Below, piece by piece: positions 8,200 to 17,384 of a stretch of 64,000 nucleotides of DNA. The first letter of the stretch is position 1. Every line of letters starts with the position of its first letter. The notes beneath the pieces are model-generated. The model saw only the letters and a list, made by a program, of their open reading frames with translations, was not told the origin of the DNA and searched no databases. Source of the stretch: a virus (lineage: Duplodnaviria; Caudoviricetes); IMG/VR virus record IMGVR_UViG_3300037067_013742, positions 165,065 to 229,064 of that record, one strand, 5' to 3'. A program made the translations under genes and the position numbers.

Positions 8200-9900
8200 T
8201 TAATCGGCAATCGAAATGATGTCAAGGTCTAGATCAAGTATTTCTCTTAGTGGGCGTTTTATCATATCGCCACAAAGGAACTGATGGTCCATTGTACAGG
8301 TTACTAAAGACCCGTCTGATAGCTCTATCTCGTAAACTTCTTGCTTTCCAGTAGGGATAACTTCGAGACATTGATCTTGAACAATCTCGCGCTGTGAGTT
8401 GTAGCTAAGAAGTTCTGGTAGTTCGGTCTTGCCTAATACAGAAAGTTGACCAATAGTCTTAGGTAGCCAATGTACACGAGGCTCTTGCTTACCAGGAAGC
8501 CAGGGACTGTCATGTGTTTTGACTAAGACCTCCGTATTGGCAGAGAGGCAGGCATTAAATAGGTATTGGCCATAGTCCTTTAGCTGATCAAAAAGCTTCT
8601 CGGCCTGTATCTTGGTAAGCCCACCCTCTATCGCGCCAGCTATAAACTTGGGGGCTTCTGCGGCTAGCTTGTCTTGTTGCTTTTTGCCGAGCATCTTCAT
8701 CACGGCATACGACTCTGGTGAAGTATAGCCACATAAATCAGTGCAGATCTTCATAACCTGCTCTTGAAATACGACTACATTATAAGTAGGGGATAAGATC
8801 TTTCGCATGGTGTCGTTTAAGTAGACTGGGTCTTCTTTCCCCGAACGCGCATTGGCATATTGGTCAACTTGTCCGCTCGAGAGGGGACCAGGACGAAAGA
8901 GGGCTGAGGCAACGGAAAGGTCGTGGATGTTTTTTGGCTGGATCGCGACACAAAGCTCTTTAATTCCCTCTGAGCCACCTAGTTGGAATATACCGTCTAG
9001 ATCCCCACGACAAATTAGGTCGTAGGCGGCCGGGTCTCCATCAGAGAGCTGTTCTAGATCAATATCGATATCTTCTCTCTTGAGAAGGTCTACACAAGTC
9101 TGGATGACTTTTAGAGTGCTGAGACCAAGGATGTCAAACTTTATAAGACCCGTCCGTTCTAGGTCTCTATAGTCAAACTGAGACGTTGGGTTGTCATCTT
9201 TGCCACGGTACAAGGGAACAAAATTGGTTACTTCTTCTGGTGCTATAACGACACCGCCAGCGTGGGTACCGTGCGACCTAACAATACCCCAAAGTTTTCT
9301 GACTATCTCAATAACGTCGGCGTATTTACTATCTAGTAGCTTAGGCGAGACTTTAGCCTCGTCGTCAAAGGAGGTCCACAGACCGGCAACTGGAGGGGGG
9401 ACTAACTTTGCTAGCTCATCAGTAAACTCTCTAGGCTTATCTAGTACGCGGCATATATCTCTTATTGCCGATTTGGTTCGCATGAAACCAAGGGTCCCAA
9501 CCCTAGCGACCTTGTTTTTTCCGTAACGGCTCTCTAGGTATGAGATTATTAGATCTCTATCAGAGGTATCGTAATCAATATCTGGTGGCGAGGCCCTGTC
9601 CTTTGACATAAATCTCTCGAAGGGGAGATCAAACTTAATTGGATCTACTAGAGTGATACCAAGGACATAAGCTAGTAATGACCCAGCTACCGATCCTCTG
9701 CCCGGCGCGGGAACGAGTCCCTGTTTCCTAACAAAGGAAGCTATATCCCAAACGATAAGGAAATAGGATGAGAAACCCAGGTGCTCAATAGTTTCTAGTT
9801 CAAAGTTTAATCTGTTTAAATATTCTAGGTTATCGCCGAAGCCTAAATCGTTTAGTCCTTGGTAGGCTTTTTTCCTTAGTAGTACTGTATTACTATCCAT
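8200..9900 (-). CDS. dnaE: DNA polymerase III alpha catalytic core plus IntN
   Basis: GFSSYFLIVWD, PGRGSVAGSL, PPDIDYD, HAGGVVI, KFDILGL, VFQEQVM. Start MDSNT at 9900 overlaps the upstream TAA. Confidence 0.95.
   Translation of the reverse strand: MDSNTVLLRKKAYQGLNDLGFGDNLEYLNRLNFELETIEHLGFSSYFLIVWDIASFVRKQGLVPAPGRGSVAGSLLAYVLGITLVDPIKFDLPFERFMSKDRASPPDIDYDTSDRDLIISYLESRYGKNKVARVGTLGFMRTKSAIRDICRVLDKPREFTDELAKLVPPPVAGLWTSFDDEAKVSPKLLDSKYADVIEIVRKLWGIVRSHGTHAGGVVIAPEEVTNFVPLYRGKDDNPTSQFDYRDLERTGLIKFDILGLSTLKVIQTCVDLLKREDIDIDLEQLSDGDPAAYDLICRGDLDGIFQLGGSEGIKELCVAIQPKNIHDLSVASALFRPGPLSSGQVDQYANARSGKEDPVYLNDTMRKILSPTYNVVVFQEQVMKICTDLCGYTSPESYAVMKMLGKKQQDKLAAEAPKFIAGAIEGGLTKIQAEKLFDQLKDYGQYLFNACLSANTEVLVKTHDSPWLPGKQEPRVHWLPKTIGQLSVLGKTELPELLSYNSQREIVQDQCLEVIPTGKQEVYEIELSDGSLVTCTMDHQFLCGDMIKRPLREILDLDLDIISIAD
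8203..8550 (-). mobile_element. IntN of naturally split DnaE intein (116 aa)
   Basis: Begins CLSANTEV after YLFNA, contains block B TMDHQF, ends ...PLREILDLDLDIISIAD*. Resembles cyanobacterial DnaE IntN. Confidence 0.9.
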
Positions 9901-10841
9901 TAATCCTCGTCTATTTCTCCCACTAAGAACTGTCCACAAGCTGCCATAATCTCGCTACCTGGCGAGGCCTGAACTTTAACCTTTTTTAAATCTCTAGTGA
10001 GCCGCTTGGCGATTTTGTCAAACTTAGAAGACTCCTGAAAAGGAGAACCATTACAGTGGTTGTATCGAAGTAGTCTGAATTCGCAGTCTTCTAATCTCGT
10101 GGCCATTAGGTCTACTACGGCATCTATCTCTTTCTCAGAATCGTTCACGTCTTCGAGTAGTAGGTGATGCACGATCATCCCTGTCCCGTCCAAAAAGTGG
10201 TGCAACCTTGAAAGTTTTTCTATGACATCTCTACTACCAGGTATCAAGAAGTTTCTAGTTTCTGGTACTGCGGACATCAGCGAGACAAAGAACCTAACCA
10301 TTGGTCTATCAAGACTCGATAGCCGTTTTAGTTCTTTGTTGTATAGGTGATACCTTTGTAGATAGTCATTAAGACCTCTTATATCTGCTATAGAGATAGC
10401 AGAGGGGAGGCTGGTCCCGATGTCAATTGTATCTAGAGAAGAAGCTAGCCCCTCTTCTAAAACATGGGAGATTATAAGCTGGGAGATTACTCCAACCATC
10501 TCTCGATGGAGTAGTGGCTCTCCCATGCTCATCCAGGAGAGCTTCAGCGCCTTCTCTTTTGCGGCGGGTACCTCCGTCGTAAAGTTTTGAATAGCCTCAT
10601 TTATGTTAGCGACGGTACTAACTCTGTCTACTGGTTTATAACTAGTCCCTTTTGTATGAAGCATACAGAACTTACAGTTCATCTGACATCCGTAGGATGA
10701 CGAGACGAAGACTGTGTACTTATCTCTTGCTTGTTTACTAACGCCTCTATCGCAATTTGATAGAAGTTTAATGGCTGTCTCTGTCCCGTTAGAGTGGATA
10801 TACTTATAGACTTCTCTATTTTCCGTGTGCAGAACTTTCAA
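9900..10841 (-). CDS. RlmN/Cfr-like radical SAM RNA methyltransferase homolog
   Basis: VSSSYGCQMNCKFC, MSMGEPL and C-terminal IMAACGQ carrying the methyl-carrier Cys. Confidence 0.8.
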   Translation of the reverse strand: MKVLHTENREVYKYIHSNGTETAIKLLSNCDRGVSKQARDKYTVFVSSSYGCQMNCKFCMLHTKGTSYKPVDRVSTVANINEAIQNFTTEVPAAKEKALKLSWMSMGEPLLHREMVGVISQLIISHVLEEGLASSLDTIDIGTSLPSAISIADIRGLNDYLQRYHLYNKELKRLSSLDRPMVRFFVSLMSAVPETRNFLIPGSRDVIEKLSRLHHFLDGTGMIVHHLLLEDVNDSEKEIDAVVDLMATRLEDCEFRLLRYNHCNGSPFQESSKFDKIAKRLTRDLKKVKVQASPGSEIMAACGQFLVGEIDED

Positions 10842-10842
10842 A

Positions 10843-11679
10843 CTATAGCCTCCATTGCGAATCTCCTATTGTAAGACATTGGTGCGGACATCCAACTGGA
10901 TCGTTCCCACTAGGGCCAGTAGCACAAGATGAAAAGCATGGCCATGCATTTGGGATAAGTAGTCCGGCTGTTCTCTGGTTGTCTAATCTACCAGAAATAG
11001 GAGATAGGTGTCGGTGGTACTGGCTTTGGTCTACTAGATTCCATAAAGGAGAAGTTCTAAAAAGTCTTATCGGGGTTTCGAGGATGGGGATTTGGGCTTC
11101 GGCCGCCAGGATAATAAGCTCTTCTTGTTTTGCGTCGAGAGTATTACCTTGGGGAAATTTGGCTGTATTTAGCCGAAGGGAGGTTCTAAGTCCGGCTGTA
11201 TTAGCCTTAAATAGATTAATAAGCCTGCTTAGTTGTGGCTCATTGGAAGCTAGGGCCGAAGTAGAGACTTGAACTATGGCTTCACTTTTTAGGAGCTTTG
11301 TAAGGATTGTGTCCTGTAATTCCGTATAGATCTTCGTTACGATCACGGGAGTCTTTCCATGATCGTGAAGTATCTCGCAGACTCTTGCAGAGGTTTTCCA
11401 GTTTAGGGAGGGATCAGAAATGCATCCAACTCTGATCCAGGGGAGGCTATAGTTCTTTAACTGCCGCGAAAGAAACTTCTCGTCTAGGGGTCTCTTTACT
11501 GGATGAAAGAAATTAATCCCAACGCGGGCAGCTCCCTTGGCTGCATAGCAAGGGGCATCCTTCAGTTCGCATCCTGGGCAGCCACGATGAACGTCTATCG
11601 TTCCTGCTTCGCCTGTCTTCTTGTTATGTTGGATTGCAATCTTGGTGGGGCAGTAGTACTTCGAATTGTTTTGAGCCAT
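10843..11679 (-). CDS. Radical SAM-like protein (spore-photoproduct-lyase-like) with atypical CxxCx6C motif
   Basis: DVHRGCPGCELKDAPCYA, IRVGCISDP, IVTK. Confidence 0.55.
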   Translation of the reverse strand: MAQNNSKYYCPTKIAIQHNKKTGEAGTIDVHRGCPGCELKDAPCYAAKGAARVGINFFHPVKRPLDEKFLSRQLKNYSLPWIRVGCISDPSLNWKTSARVCEILHDHGKTPVIVTKIYTELQDTILTKLLKSEAIVQVSTSALASNEPQLSRLINLFKANTAGLRTSLRLNTAKFPQGNTLDAKQEELIILAAEAQIPILETPIRLFRTSPLWNLVDQSQYHRHLSPISGRLDNQRTAGLLIPNAWPCFSSCATGPSGNDPVGCPHQCLTIGDSQWRL

Positions 11680-11781
11680 ATCACTCTTATGATCTTCATG
11701 GTTTCTCCAAATGAATAGTCATATGGTGACATCTTCTGGCTCTTCTTATCTCTTCTAAATCACTATTCTCTTACGGCCTTT

Positions 11782-12144
11782 TTAGCCGGTACCAACCTCT
11801 CCGTATAGGAGCTGGGGAGTGCGAGGATCTATCTCCACTCCTAGTTTCTTTGCCTCTCTTATAAAGAGCTCTCGGAGCTGTGATAAGGTAAGGTTTTGTT
11901 CTAAAAGCTTCTCAATAGGAATGCCGATATAGGAGGGTTCGTCTCCACCAAGAACTTCTATAGTCGTTTCCACGGCTACATCAAAGACTCCATGGCCACT
12001 GTAGCATTCATTATCTTCCCAGTCGGGTATAAGAACTTCCAGTAATTCTTGGAATTTTCTCCCCTCCCGGCTATATCCAGATAGTCCAACTATCATAAAG
12101 CTAGAGCTGCTTGAGTTACTTACCAACCCGTTTCTTATCTTCAT
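11782..12144 (-). CDS. VSNSS-tag family protein 1
   Basis: N-terminus MKIRNGLVSNSSSSSF. Confidence 0.8.
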   Translation of the reverse strand: MKIRNGLVSNSSSSSFMIVGLSGYSREGRKFQELLEVLIPDWEDNECYSGHGVFDVAVETTIEVLGGDEPSYIGIPIEKLLEQNLTLSQLRELFIREAKKLGVEIDPRTPQLLYGEVGTG

Positions 12145-13028
12145 TCTACTTTCCTCACTAACCTTGCTCGACCTCTTCTCTGGCCATCGAGACCAACATT
12201 TTTAGCCCTCATAGTTTCAAGAGCTTCTTTTTGGGCTGCGCCAATAAAGTTATCTATAAATGATATTGGAACAGACTTTCCAGAAACTAACTTATTGAGT
12301 AATGGCATTACAGTCTTTTCTTTCTTAATGAATGTCCAGTCTTCATGTAAACCCGTTACTCCGTTCCAAAGGAGTATCCTAATCGTTTCTGGGATAACTG
12401 AGGCAAGGTTAGCTGGTAGCGTGTTTCTCTTAAGGATTTCACCTAAGATCCATGCCCTATAGATTCTAAAGCTGCCAAATAGAGATGTGCTGTTACCATC
12501 TAAACACTTAGATGTTCTTATCAATGCTTTTATAGCGCCTCTAGGAAGAGCAATAGCGTGCTCAAAGGCTTGAAGTTCTTCTTCCGTAAGGCTGGCGCAA
12601 ACTTTTGGTGGTAGGTTTAGATCCCTTTTGCTATCTGTTGGAGTAGTCATTATGTCATATGCTTGTGATGGGTCTAGTACTATTGGTGCTTTGTCGAAGC
12701 CAAAAGTGCCTCTTGCGCATTTCCATCCGTAACTTTCGAGGGATTTTATTACATCGTTGTACTTTGTCTCGGCCACTTCTTTATTAAGGGGGATCCACCT
12801 TGTTGTCGTTTCGCCGTCAGAGAGGGTAACTTCATAGAGGGTCTTTCCGTCATATTCAAACCTTGATAAGGATACCCTCTTCTGCTGCGAAATAAGACTG
12901 TGGGTATAAGTAGCCTCCTTCTCGCAGAATGGTGCATGGGATTGGTAGAAGGGGCTTCTGACTATCTTCTCTTTGGGCTCGATGACTCCCCAAGATACAG
13001 GGATAGTAGTATTCTTTGACTTTTCCAC
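12141..13028 (-). CDS. Hypothetical protein
   Basis: 295-aa ORF within the operon. Confidence 0.55.
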   Translation of the reverse strand: MEKSKNTTIPVSWGVIEPKEKIVRSPFYQSHAPFCEKEATYTHSLISQQKRVSLSRFEYDGKTLYEVTLSDGETTTRWIPLNKEVAETKYNDVIKSLESYGWKCARGTFGFDKAPIVLDPSQAYDIMTTPTDSKRDLNLPPKVCASLTEEELQAFEHAIALPRGAIKALIRTSKCLDGNSTSLFGSFRIYRAWILGEILKRNTLPANLASVIPETIRILLWNGVTGLHEDWTFIKKEKTVMPLLNKLVSGKSVPISFIDNFIGAAQKEALETMRAKNVGLDGQRRGRARLVRKVE

Positions 13029-13032
13029 CAGA

Positions 13033-13935
13033 TCACACCTGAACGATAGGTGCTCTTGCTGCTACCTCAGAGATGGTTGCCGCTACTTGCGTTGGCTTGT
13101 TCTGAGCTGCGGCTTTCTGATCTGCCTTGTAAGCGGCCATTACGAATGAAGCCCTAAGCTTCCTAATGCCGGAGATATCTACTTCAGAGAGAACCGTATC
13201 TATCGCCTGATTCTTCTTCTCTACCTTCTTACAAAGGTCTCTAGCAATCTTCCTAGCCTGCTTAACAACAGTCTTTACCTCGGAGGCTACTTCGTCAGTA
13301 ACGATAGAGTCAAAGTGTCTTGCGTCGGCGATTGCTACCCTAATGAGCTCGGCTCTTACCCTAGCTAGAATAGCGTTCTTTTCAGTGTCTGGGAGCTCGA
13401 CAATTGCTTCTGGGGTCATGCTCTTTAGGAACCTAACAGGGGCTCTCCTGAGCGCTTCTAGGTCACTTTGCGTTAGGGCCTTGTCTACAGAGTCGGCAAT
13501 CTCTGCGATGTGGTCGGCGATAGCAGCAATAGCAGCCTGGTTGTTCTCGTCAATCTCGAAGAAGCCCCAGCGAGCGGCGATCTCACAGGTACTGGCCTTA
13601 TTGTTAAAGGCATCTATATCGGTCCTAATCTCTGTGATGATCTCCTTAAGTTCCTTCTCTCGACTGCGAGGACAGATCAGTCCGACTGATGTTGTTACAC
13701 AAAGTCGACGAAGCTTTGCGTATGCAACGGAGATTACGTTGGTACGCTCCTTGTACTCATCCTCGTTATCGATGATGGAGAAGGTCTTCCATTCACGAAT
13801 GCGCTTCTTATCTTCTAGATAGTTTTCTAGAACCTCACGCTTATAGTGAATACCACCCTGACGATGCAGCCATTCTGTAACCAAGATACCGGGCTTGATC
13901 TTCTGAATCTCAAACTGAACTTCTGCTTCACTCAT
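13033..13935 (-). CDS. Helical/coiled-coil protein accompanying the AAA cluster (possibly DUF3150-like)
   Basis: Ala/Glu/Lys-rich helical sequence directly downstream of the Ycf46-like ATPase. Confidence 0.45.
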   Translation of the reverse strand: MSEAEVQFEIQKIKPGILVTEWLHRQGGIHYKREVLENYLEDKKRIREWKTFSIIDNEDEYKERTNVISVAYAKLRRLCVTTSVGLICPRSREKELKEIITEIRTDIDAFNNKASTCEIAARWGFFEIDENNQAAIAAIADHIAEIADSVDKALTQSDLEALRRAPVRFLKSMTPEAIVELPDTEKNAILARVRAELIRVAIADARHFDSIVTDEVASEVKTVVKQARKIARDLCKKVEKKNQAIDTVLSEVDISGIRKLRASFVMAAYKADQKAAAQNKPTQVAATISEVAARAPIVQV

Positions 13936-15616
13936 CTTTCTTCTCCTCTAGTTTATCCAATGAGATAGCCCTCCTCTTTTTAATCGGGGCAATCTCTCCC
14001 ATCTGAGGGGGCACAGCCTTTAGCTTAACGAGGGTTGATTTCTCTGTAGAGATTACTTCCGATGCACTTCTGGCACTTCTACTTGCCCATTCCCTAAGGG
14101 CTTTAATTGGCTCTGCCATCATCTCACTGAGAGGACAGCTAGCCTTTGCTCTTATAGCTATGTCTTCTCCAGTAACGTCTCTACCGTCATCAAATGCGGC
14201 CCACATTCCATCTAGGATGGAGCACTCTATCTCTGCTCCAGAAAATCCTTCTGTTGCGGAGACGATCTGGTTTACGGACTTTTCACTAAGGACTCGCCCT
14301 CTCTTCGAGAGGTGAATCTTTATTATCTCGACTCTCTCTTTCTCGGTTGGGAGATCGACGAAAAAGATTTCATCCCATCTACCCTTTCTAAGAAGCTCTG
14401 GCGGAAGGTCGGATACGTCATTACCAGTGGCAACTAAGAATGCGCCGCCAGGTCTTTCCTGGAACCAGTGGAGGAATCCACCTGTTAGGGCATCGCTGGT
14501 ACCTCCGTCAGAGTTTCGCTCTCCCTGTTTTGCGAAGCTTCGGCCGATCTCGTCGAGCCATAGGCAACAGTGTCCAATACCTTCAATTGAGGCCTTAACA
14601 GTCCTGATATTTTTCTCTGTATCTCCGACGATTCCACCCTTCATATCATGGGGACTAAATCGAATTAGCGGGAGGTTTAGAGATGAGGCAATGGCCTTAG
14701 CGCATAAAGATTTTCCGGTACCCTGCACGCCCAAAAGTAGGATTCCACGGGGAATTGGGAGGCCATACTCTCTTGCCTCCTTCTGAAACCCTCTCTTCCT
14801 CTGATTGATCCACTGCTTTATTCCGGCAAGACCGCCAACGCTGTCAATGTCTGGTCTACTTCGTTCGAATGTAAGTCCGGGAACAGAAGAAATTTGCTCT
14901 GTCTTTATCTCGTAGATAAAGGTAACGTCTATCTCCCCTAATGTCGCAACGCTTCTTGCAACAGCATCAGAAGCCTGCGTCATTGTAAGGCCGCGACAAG
15001 CTTCTATTAGCTCTTCTGTTTTTGGAAAGTCTTCTAGCCCGTAGGTTGGAAGAACATCCTTCTTTATAAGGTTTGTAAGAGCTTCCTTATCTGGGAGTCC
15101 AGGATGGATTATATGAACGTCTACCTCTAGTTCTGGAGGGAGCTTGTCCATTGGAGAGATGAAGACTATTGTTGTTACGCTATCTTTTAGTTCTCTGGCT
15201 GCATCTCTAATCATTCTAACGAATGACTTTTCAGACTCGAAGAAGACGTGGGCATCTCGAAAGATTGCAATGGTCTTTAGAGCAACTTGCTCTTCGACCG
15301 CGGCATTCTCAAGATCGTTGTCTTCTCGGATAGATAGAGCGTGATCGATAACACTTCTAATCGCGGCGGCCGGATCGGTTTGCATCTCCTTATTAAAAGG
15401 GCATTCCCTATCTTCCTTTGGAACTCCAACTGGTAGTTCCCAACCTGGCCCGCCACCATTTGATGTGAGAGACCAGACCCATACTTGTCCTCCTAAGGGT
15501 AGAACCCAGTTGGCAATACCACTTTCTGCTCGTAACTCTTCTTGTGTTACAAACCAGACGACTGGGATTCTTGCTCCGTCACAAATCTTTATCTCTCTAA
15601 TGAACTCTGACGTCAT
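13928..15616 (-). CDS. AAA+ ATPase, Ycf46-like
   Basis: VGGLAGIKQW, GVQGTGKS (Walker A), LWLDEI (Walker B), LPPELLRKGRWDEIFFVDLP, GFSGAEIE. Confidence 0.9.
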   Translation of the reverse strand: MTSEFIREIKICDGARIPVVWFVTQEELRAESGIANWVLPLGGQVWVWSLTSNGGGPGWELPVGVPKEDRECPFNKEMQTDPAAAIRSVIDHALSIREDNDLENAAVEEQVALKTIAIFRDAHVFFESEKSFVRMIRDAARELKDSVTTIVFISPMDKLPPELEVDVHIIHPGLPDKEALTNLIKKDVLPTYGLEDFPKTEELIEACRGLTMTQASDAVARSVATLGEIDVTFIYEIKTEQISSVPGLTFERSRPDIDSVGGLAGIKQWINQRKRGFQKEAREYGLPIPRGILLLGVQGTGKSLCAKAIASSLNLPLIRFSPHDMKGGIVGDTEKNIRTVKASIEGIGHCCLWLDEIGRSFAKQGERNSDGGTSDALTGGFLHWFQERPGGAFLVATGNDVSDLPPELLRKGRWDEIFFVDLPTEKERVEIIKIHLSKRGRVLSEKSVNQIVSATEGFSGAEIECSILDGMWAAFDDGRDVTGEDIAIRAKASCPLSEMMAEPIKALREWASRSARSASEVISTEKSTLVKLKAVPPQMGEIAPIKKRRAISLDKLEEKKDE

Positions 15617-15628
15617 TACTCTTCTCTC

Positions 15629-16051
15629 CTAAAAGGCCTTGATTAGCTTTAGCTTGATGTTCTTCCCGTCAATTTTCTTCTCTACTCTATATCCCCGTCC
15701 TAACTTCTTTGCCTCTGCTTCATACTTTGCACAAGCTGCATGCTGGAGGAAGGTTTCGGATTTCTTCCGCCACCATTTCTGATCATAGTCAGAAACATGC
15801 ACAGTTATCTTTCCATCCTTCTTCTCGAAGCCAATGTCATTCGAGGCTCCACCCGAAAGGAGCTTGTTAACATTAGCTCTACGGACTATCACATTGGCCT
15901 TTTGTCCACGCTTGCTTCCCTCGTAACCAACTAGGCTTTGGGGGATGTCGTGTATCTCTATCATTTCAGCGGGGATACCAATAGCAAGAAGTCCTTCGAT
16001 TACATAGTCTATCTCTGTAATGTCTATTACAACTATTTTGTAGGCGCTCAT
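15629..16051 (-). CDS. DUF1257/Ycf35-like protein
   Basis: LVGYEG, ANVIVRR, SNDIGF, SDYD; typical neighbour of Ycf46-like AAA proteins. Confidence 0.7.
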   Translation of the reverse strand: MSAYKIVVIDITEIDYVIEGLLAIGIPAEMIEIHDIPQSLVGYEGSKRGQKANVIVRRANVNKLLSGGASNDIGFEKKDGKITVHVSDYDQKWWRKKSETFLQHAACAKYEAEAKKLGRGYRVEKKIDGKNIKLKLIKAF

Positions 16052-16239
16052 TAGGCACCAACCTTTGTTGGGTTTTTTACCTTGGTCTTTGGCGTTTCTT
16101 TCTTGCGGCGATGCTCTATAACTTCTCCAAGTGAATCAATCCACTTGGAAAGCATTTCGCAAGCATCTCCTTCAACACCAAATACTTCAGCCGTACTCTT
16201 GCCGCCAGGCTCAATGGTTATTTCTATTGTATGTTTCAT
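16051..16239 (-). CDS. DUF2997-like small protein
   Basis: IEITIEPGG...EVFGVEGDAC...LG. Confidence 0.7.
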   Translation of the reverse strand: MKHTIEITIEPGGKSTAEVFGVEGDACEMLSKWIDSLGEVIEHRRKKETPKTKVKNPTKVGA

Positions 16240-16242
16240 TTA

Positions 16243-16596
16243 TCAGCCACCGTCAGATACACAAAAGCTAGAGCACTCATCGGGCTCGAATCCAGCAATG
16301 AAATCATTTATGCAAGATGACACGACGCCATAATGATCGTCATCTTCTTCGTCGTCCTCTGGTTTTGGGAGCTCTATTTGGTCCCACAGAGAGTCACCAC
16401 CAGCAGTAGAAAAATCTTTGATAACTACGCACTGGATTCCAAAGACTATTGCGTCCTCTGTTGTAACCGCCTGATTTACAATAAATCTGGTCTTCGGATC
16501 TGTTTCGGAGAACTTCTTATCGAAGGCATCCTTTCGCATAATACATACGAAGGAGGATGAGCTGCTGTTACTAACTAGGCTTCGTCTAATCTTCAT
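16243..16596 (-). CDS. VSNSS-tag family protein 2
   Basis: N-terminus MKIRRSLVSNSSSSSF. Confidence 0.8.
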   Translation of the reverse strand: MKIRRSLVSNSSSSSFVCIMRKDAFDKKFSETDPKTRFIVNQAVTTEDAIVFGIQCVVIKDFSTAGGDSLWDQIELPKPEDDEEDDDHYGVVSSCINDFIAGFEPDECSSFCVSDGG

Positions 16597-16598
16597 GC

Positions 16599-16754
16599 TT
16601 ACCTCTTTTGTTCAATGATAGTCAGAAGTGCCTTAAGGGCAGTAACCGGTGAATCTCCAAGGCCTTCTTCTGGAACGATCCAATCTTCATCAACCCAGGC
16701 GGACCAGCATTGTCGGTCATAAGACCAAGCAATGTTAAATGTATAATCTGGCAT
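16599..16754 (-). CDS. 51-aa ORF, weakly HicB-like
   Basis: Manual translation MPDYTFNIAWSYDRQCWSAWV...GLGDSPVTALKALL; fills the intergenic gap and has an AGGA SD. Confidence 0.35.
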   Translation of the reverse strand: MPDYTFNIAWSYDRQCWSAWVDEDWIVPEEGLGDSPVTALKALLTIIEQKR

Positions 16755-16762
16755 TCTATCTC

Positions 16763-17215
16763 CTAGAAACTATGGCCCAAGGGAAGGATCCTACTGTCTT
16801 CTCCAGTAAGGATAACGACATATGGGCCTTTAGACTCTGGGTTTAGTTCCATTATCTCGTTCATCCCACAGAGCGAGCAGATTCCATCCCAGGCAGATAT
16901 GTTTCGTTCGTCATTTGGAATTAGGATTCTAGCAAATCCAGATTCTGGGAATCTTATGTCCATCTGATGGAAGGTAAAGAACTCTGATGAGTTTTTATTC
17001 TCTACAATTAGGGTAACTGAGGCTGGAAAGTCGAGAAGGTCTTTCGGCGTCTGGTCTGGAAGACCCATAAATCCTCGAAGGAATTTATTAAACGTGGGCT
17101 GAAAGATAAAAGGTTCTGGCTCAGAAAAGACTGGGGCTTGTAGTAGTAGGAAGCTTGCTTTACAGATTAGATTAAACTTCTTTAGAACCTGGATCTCTAT
17201 CTTGTTCGCCCGCAC
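16763..17215 (-). CDS. Hypothetical protein
   Basis: ORF track. Confidence 0.45.
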   Translation of the reverse strand: MRANKIEIQVLKKFNLICKASFLLLQAPVFSEPEPFIFQPTFNKFLRGFMGLPDQTPKDLLDFPASVTLIVENKNSSEFFTFHQMDIRFPESGFARILIPNDERNISAWDGICSLCGMNEIMELNPESKGPYVVILTGEDSRILPLGHSF

Positions 17216-17384
17216 TTCCTACCTCCACTATCTGGACACGAAGAGATCCTAGCTCTTCAAGTAAAAGATTCATAGACTCTCTCTCTTCGTAATGTCTTCG
17301 GCCTATTAACTCTTGCTTTCGTCTTTCGAGGATCAGGCACCTATCGTCTATGATTGCTAGGATTTGTTTGAATGATTTATTCAT
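17172..17384 (-). CDS. Hypothetical protein
   Basis: ATGA-coupled to the upstream radical SAM gene. Confidence 0.45.
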   Translation of the reverse strand: MNKSFKQILAIIDDRCLILERRKQELIGRRHYEERESMNLLLEELGSLRVQIVEVGSAGEQDRDPGSKEV

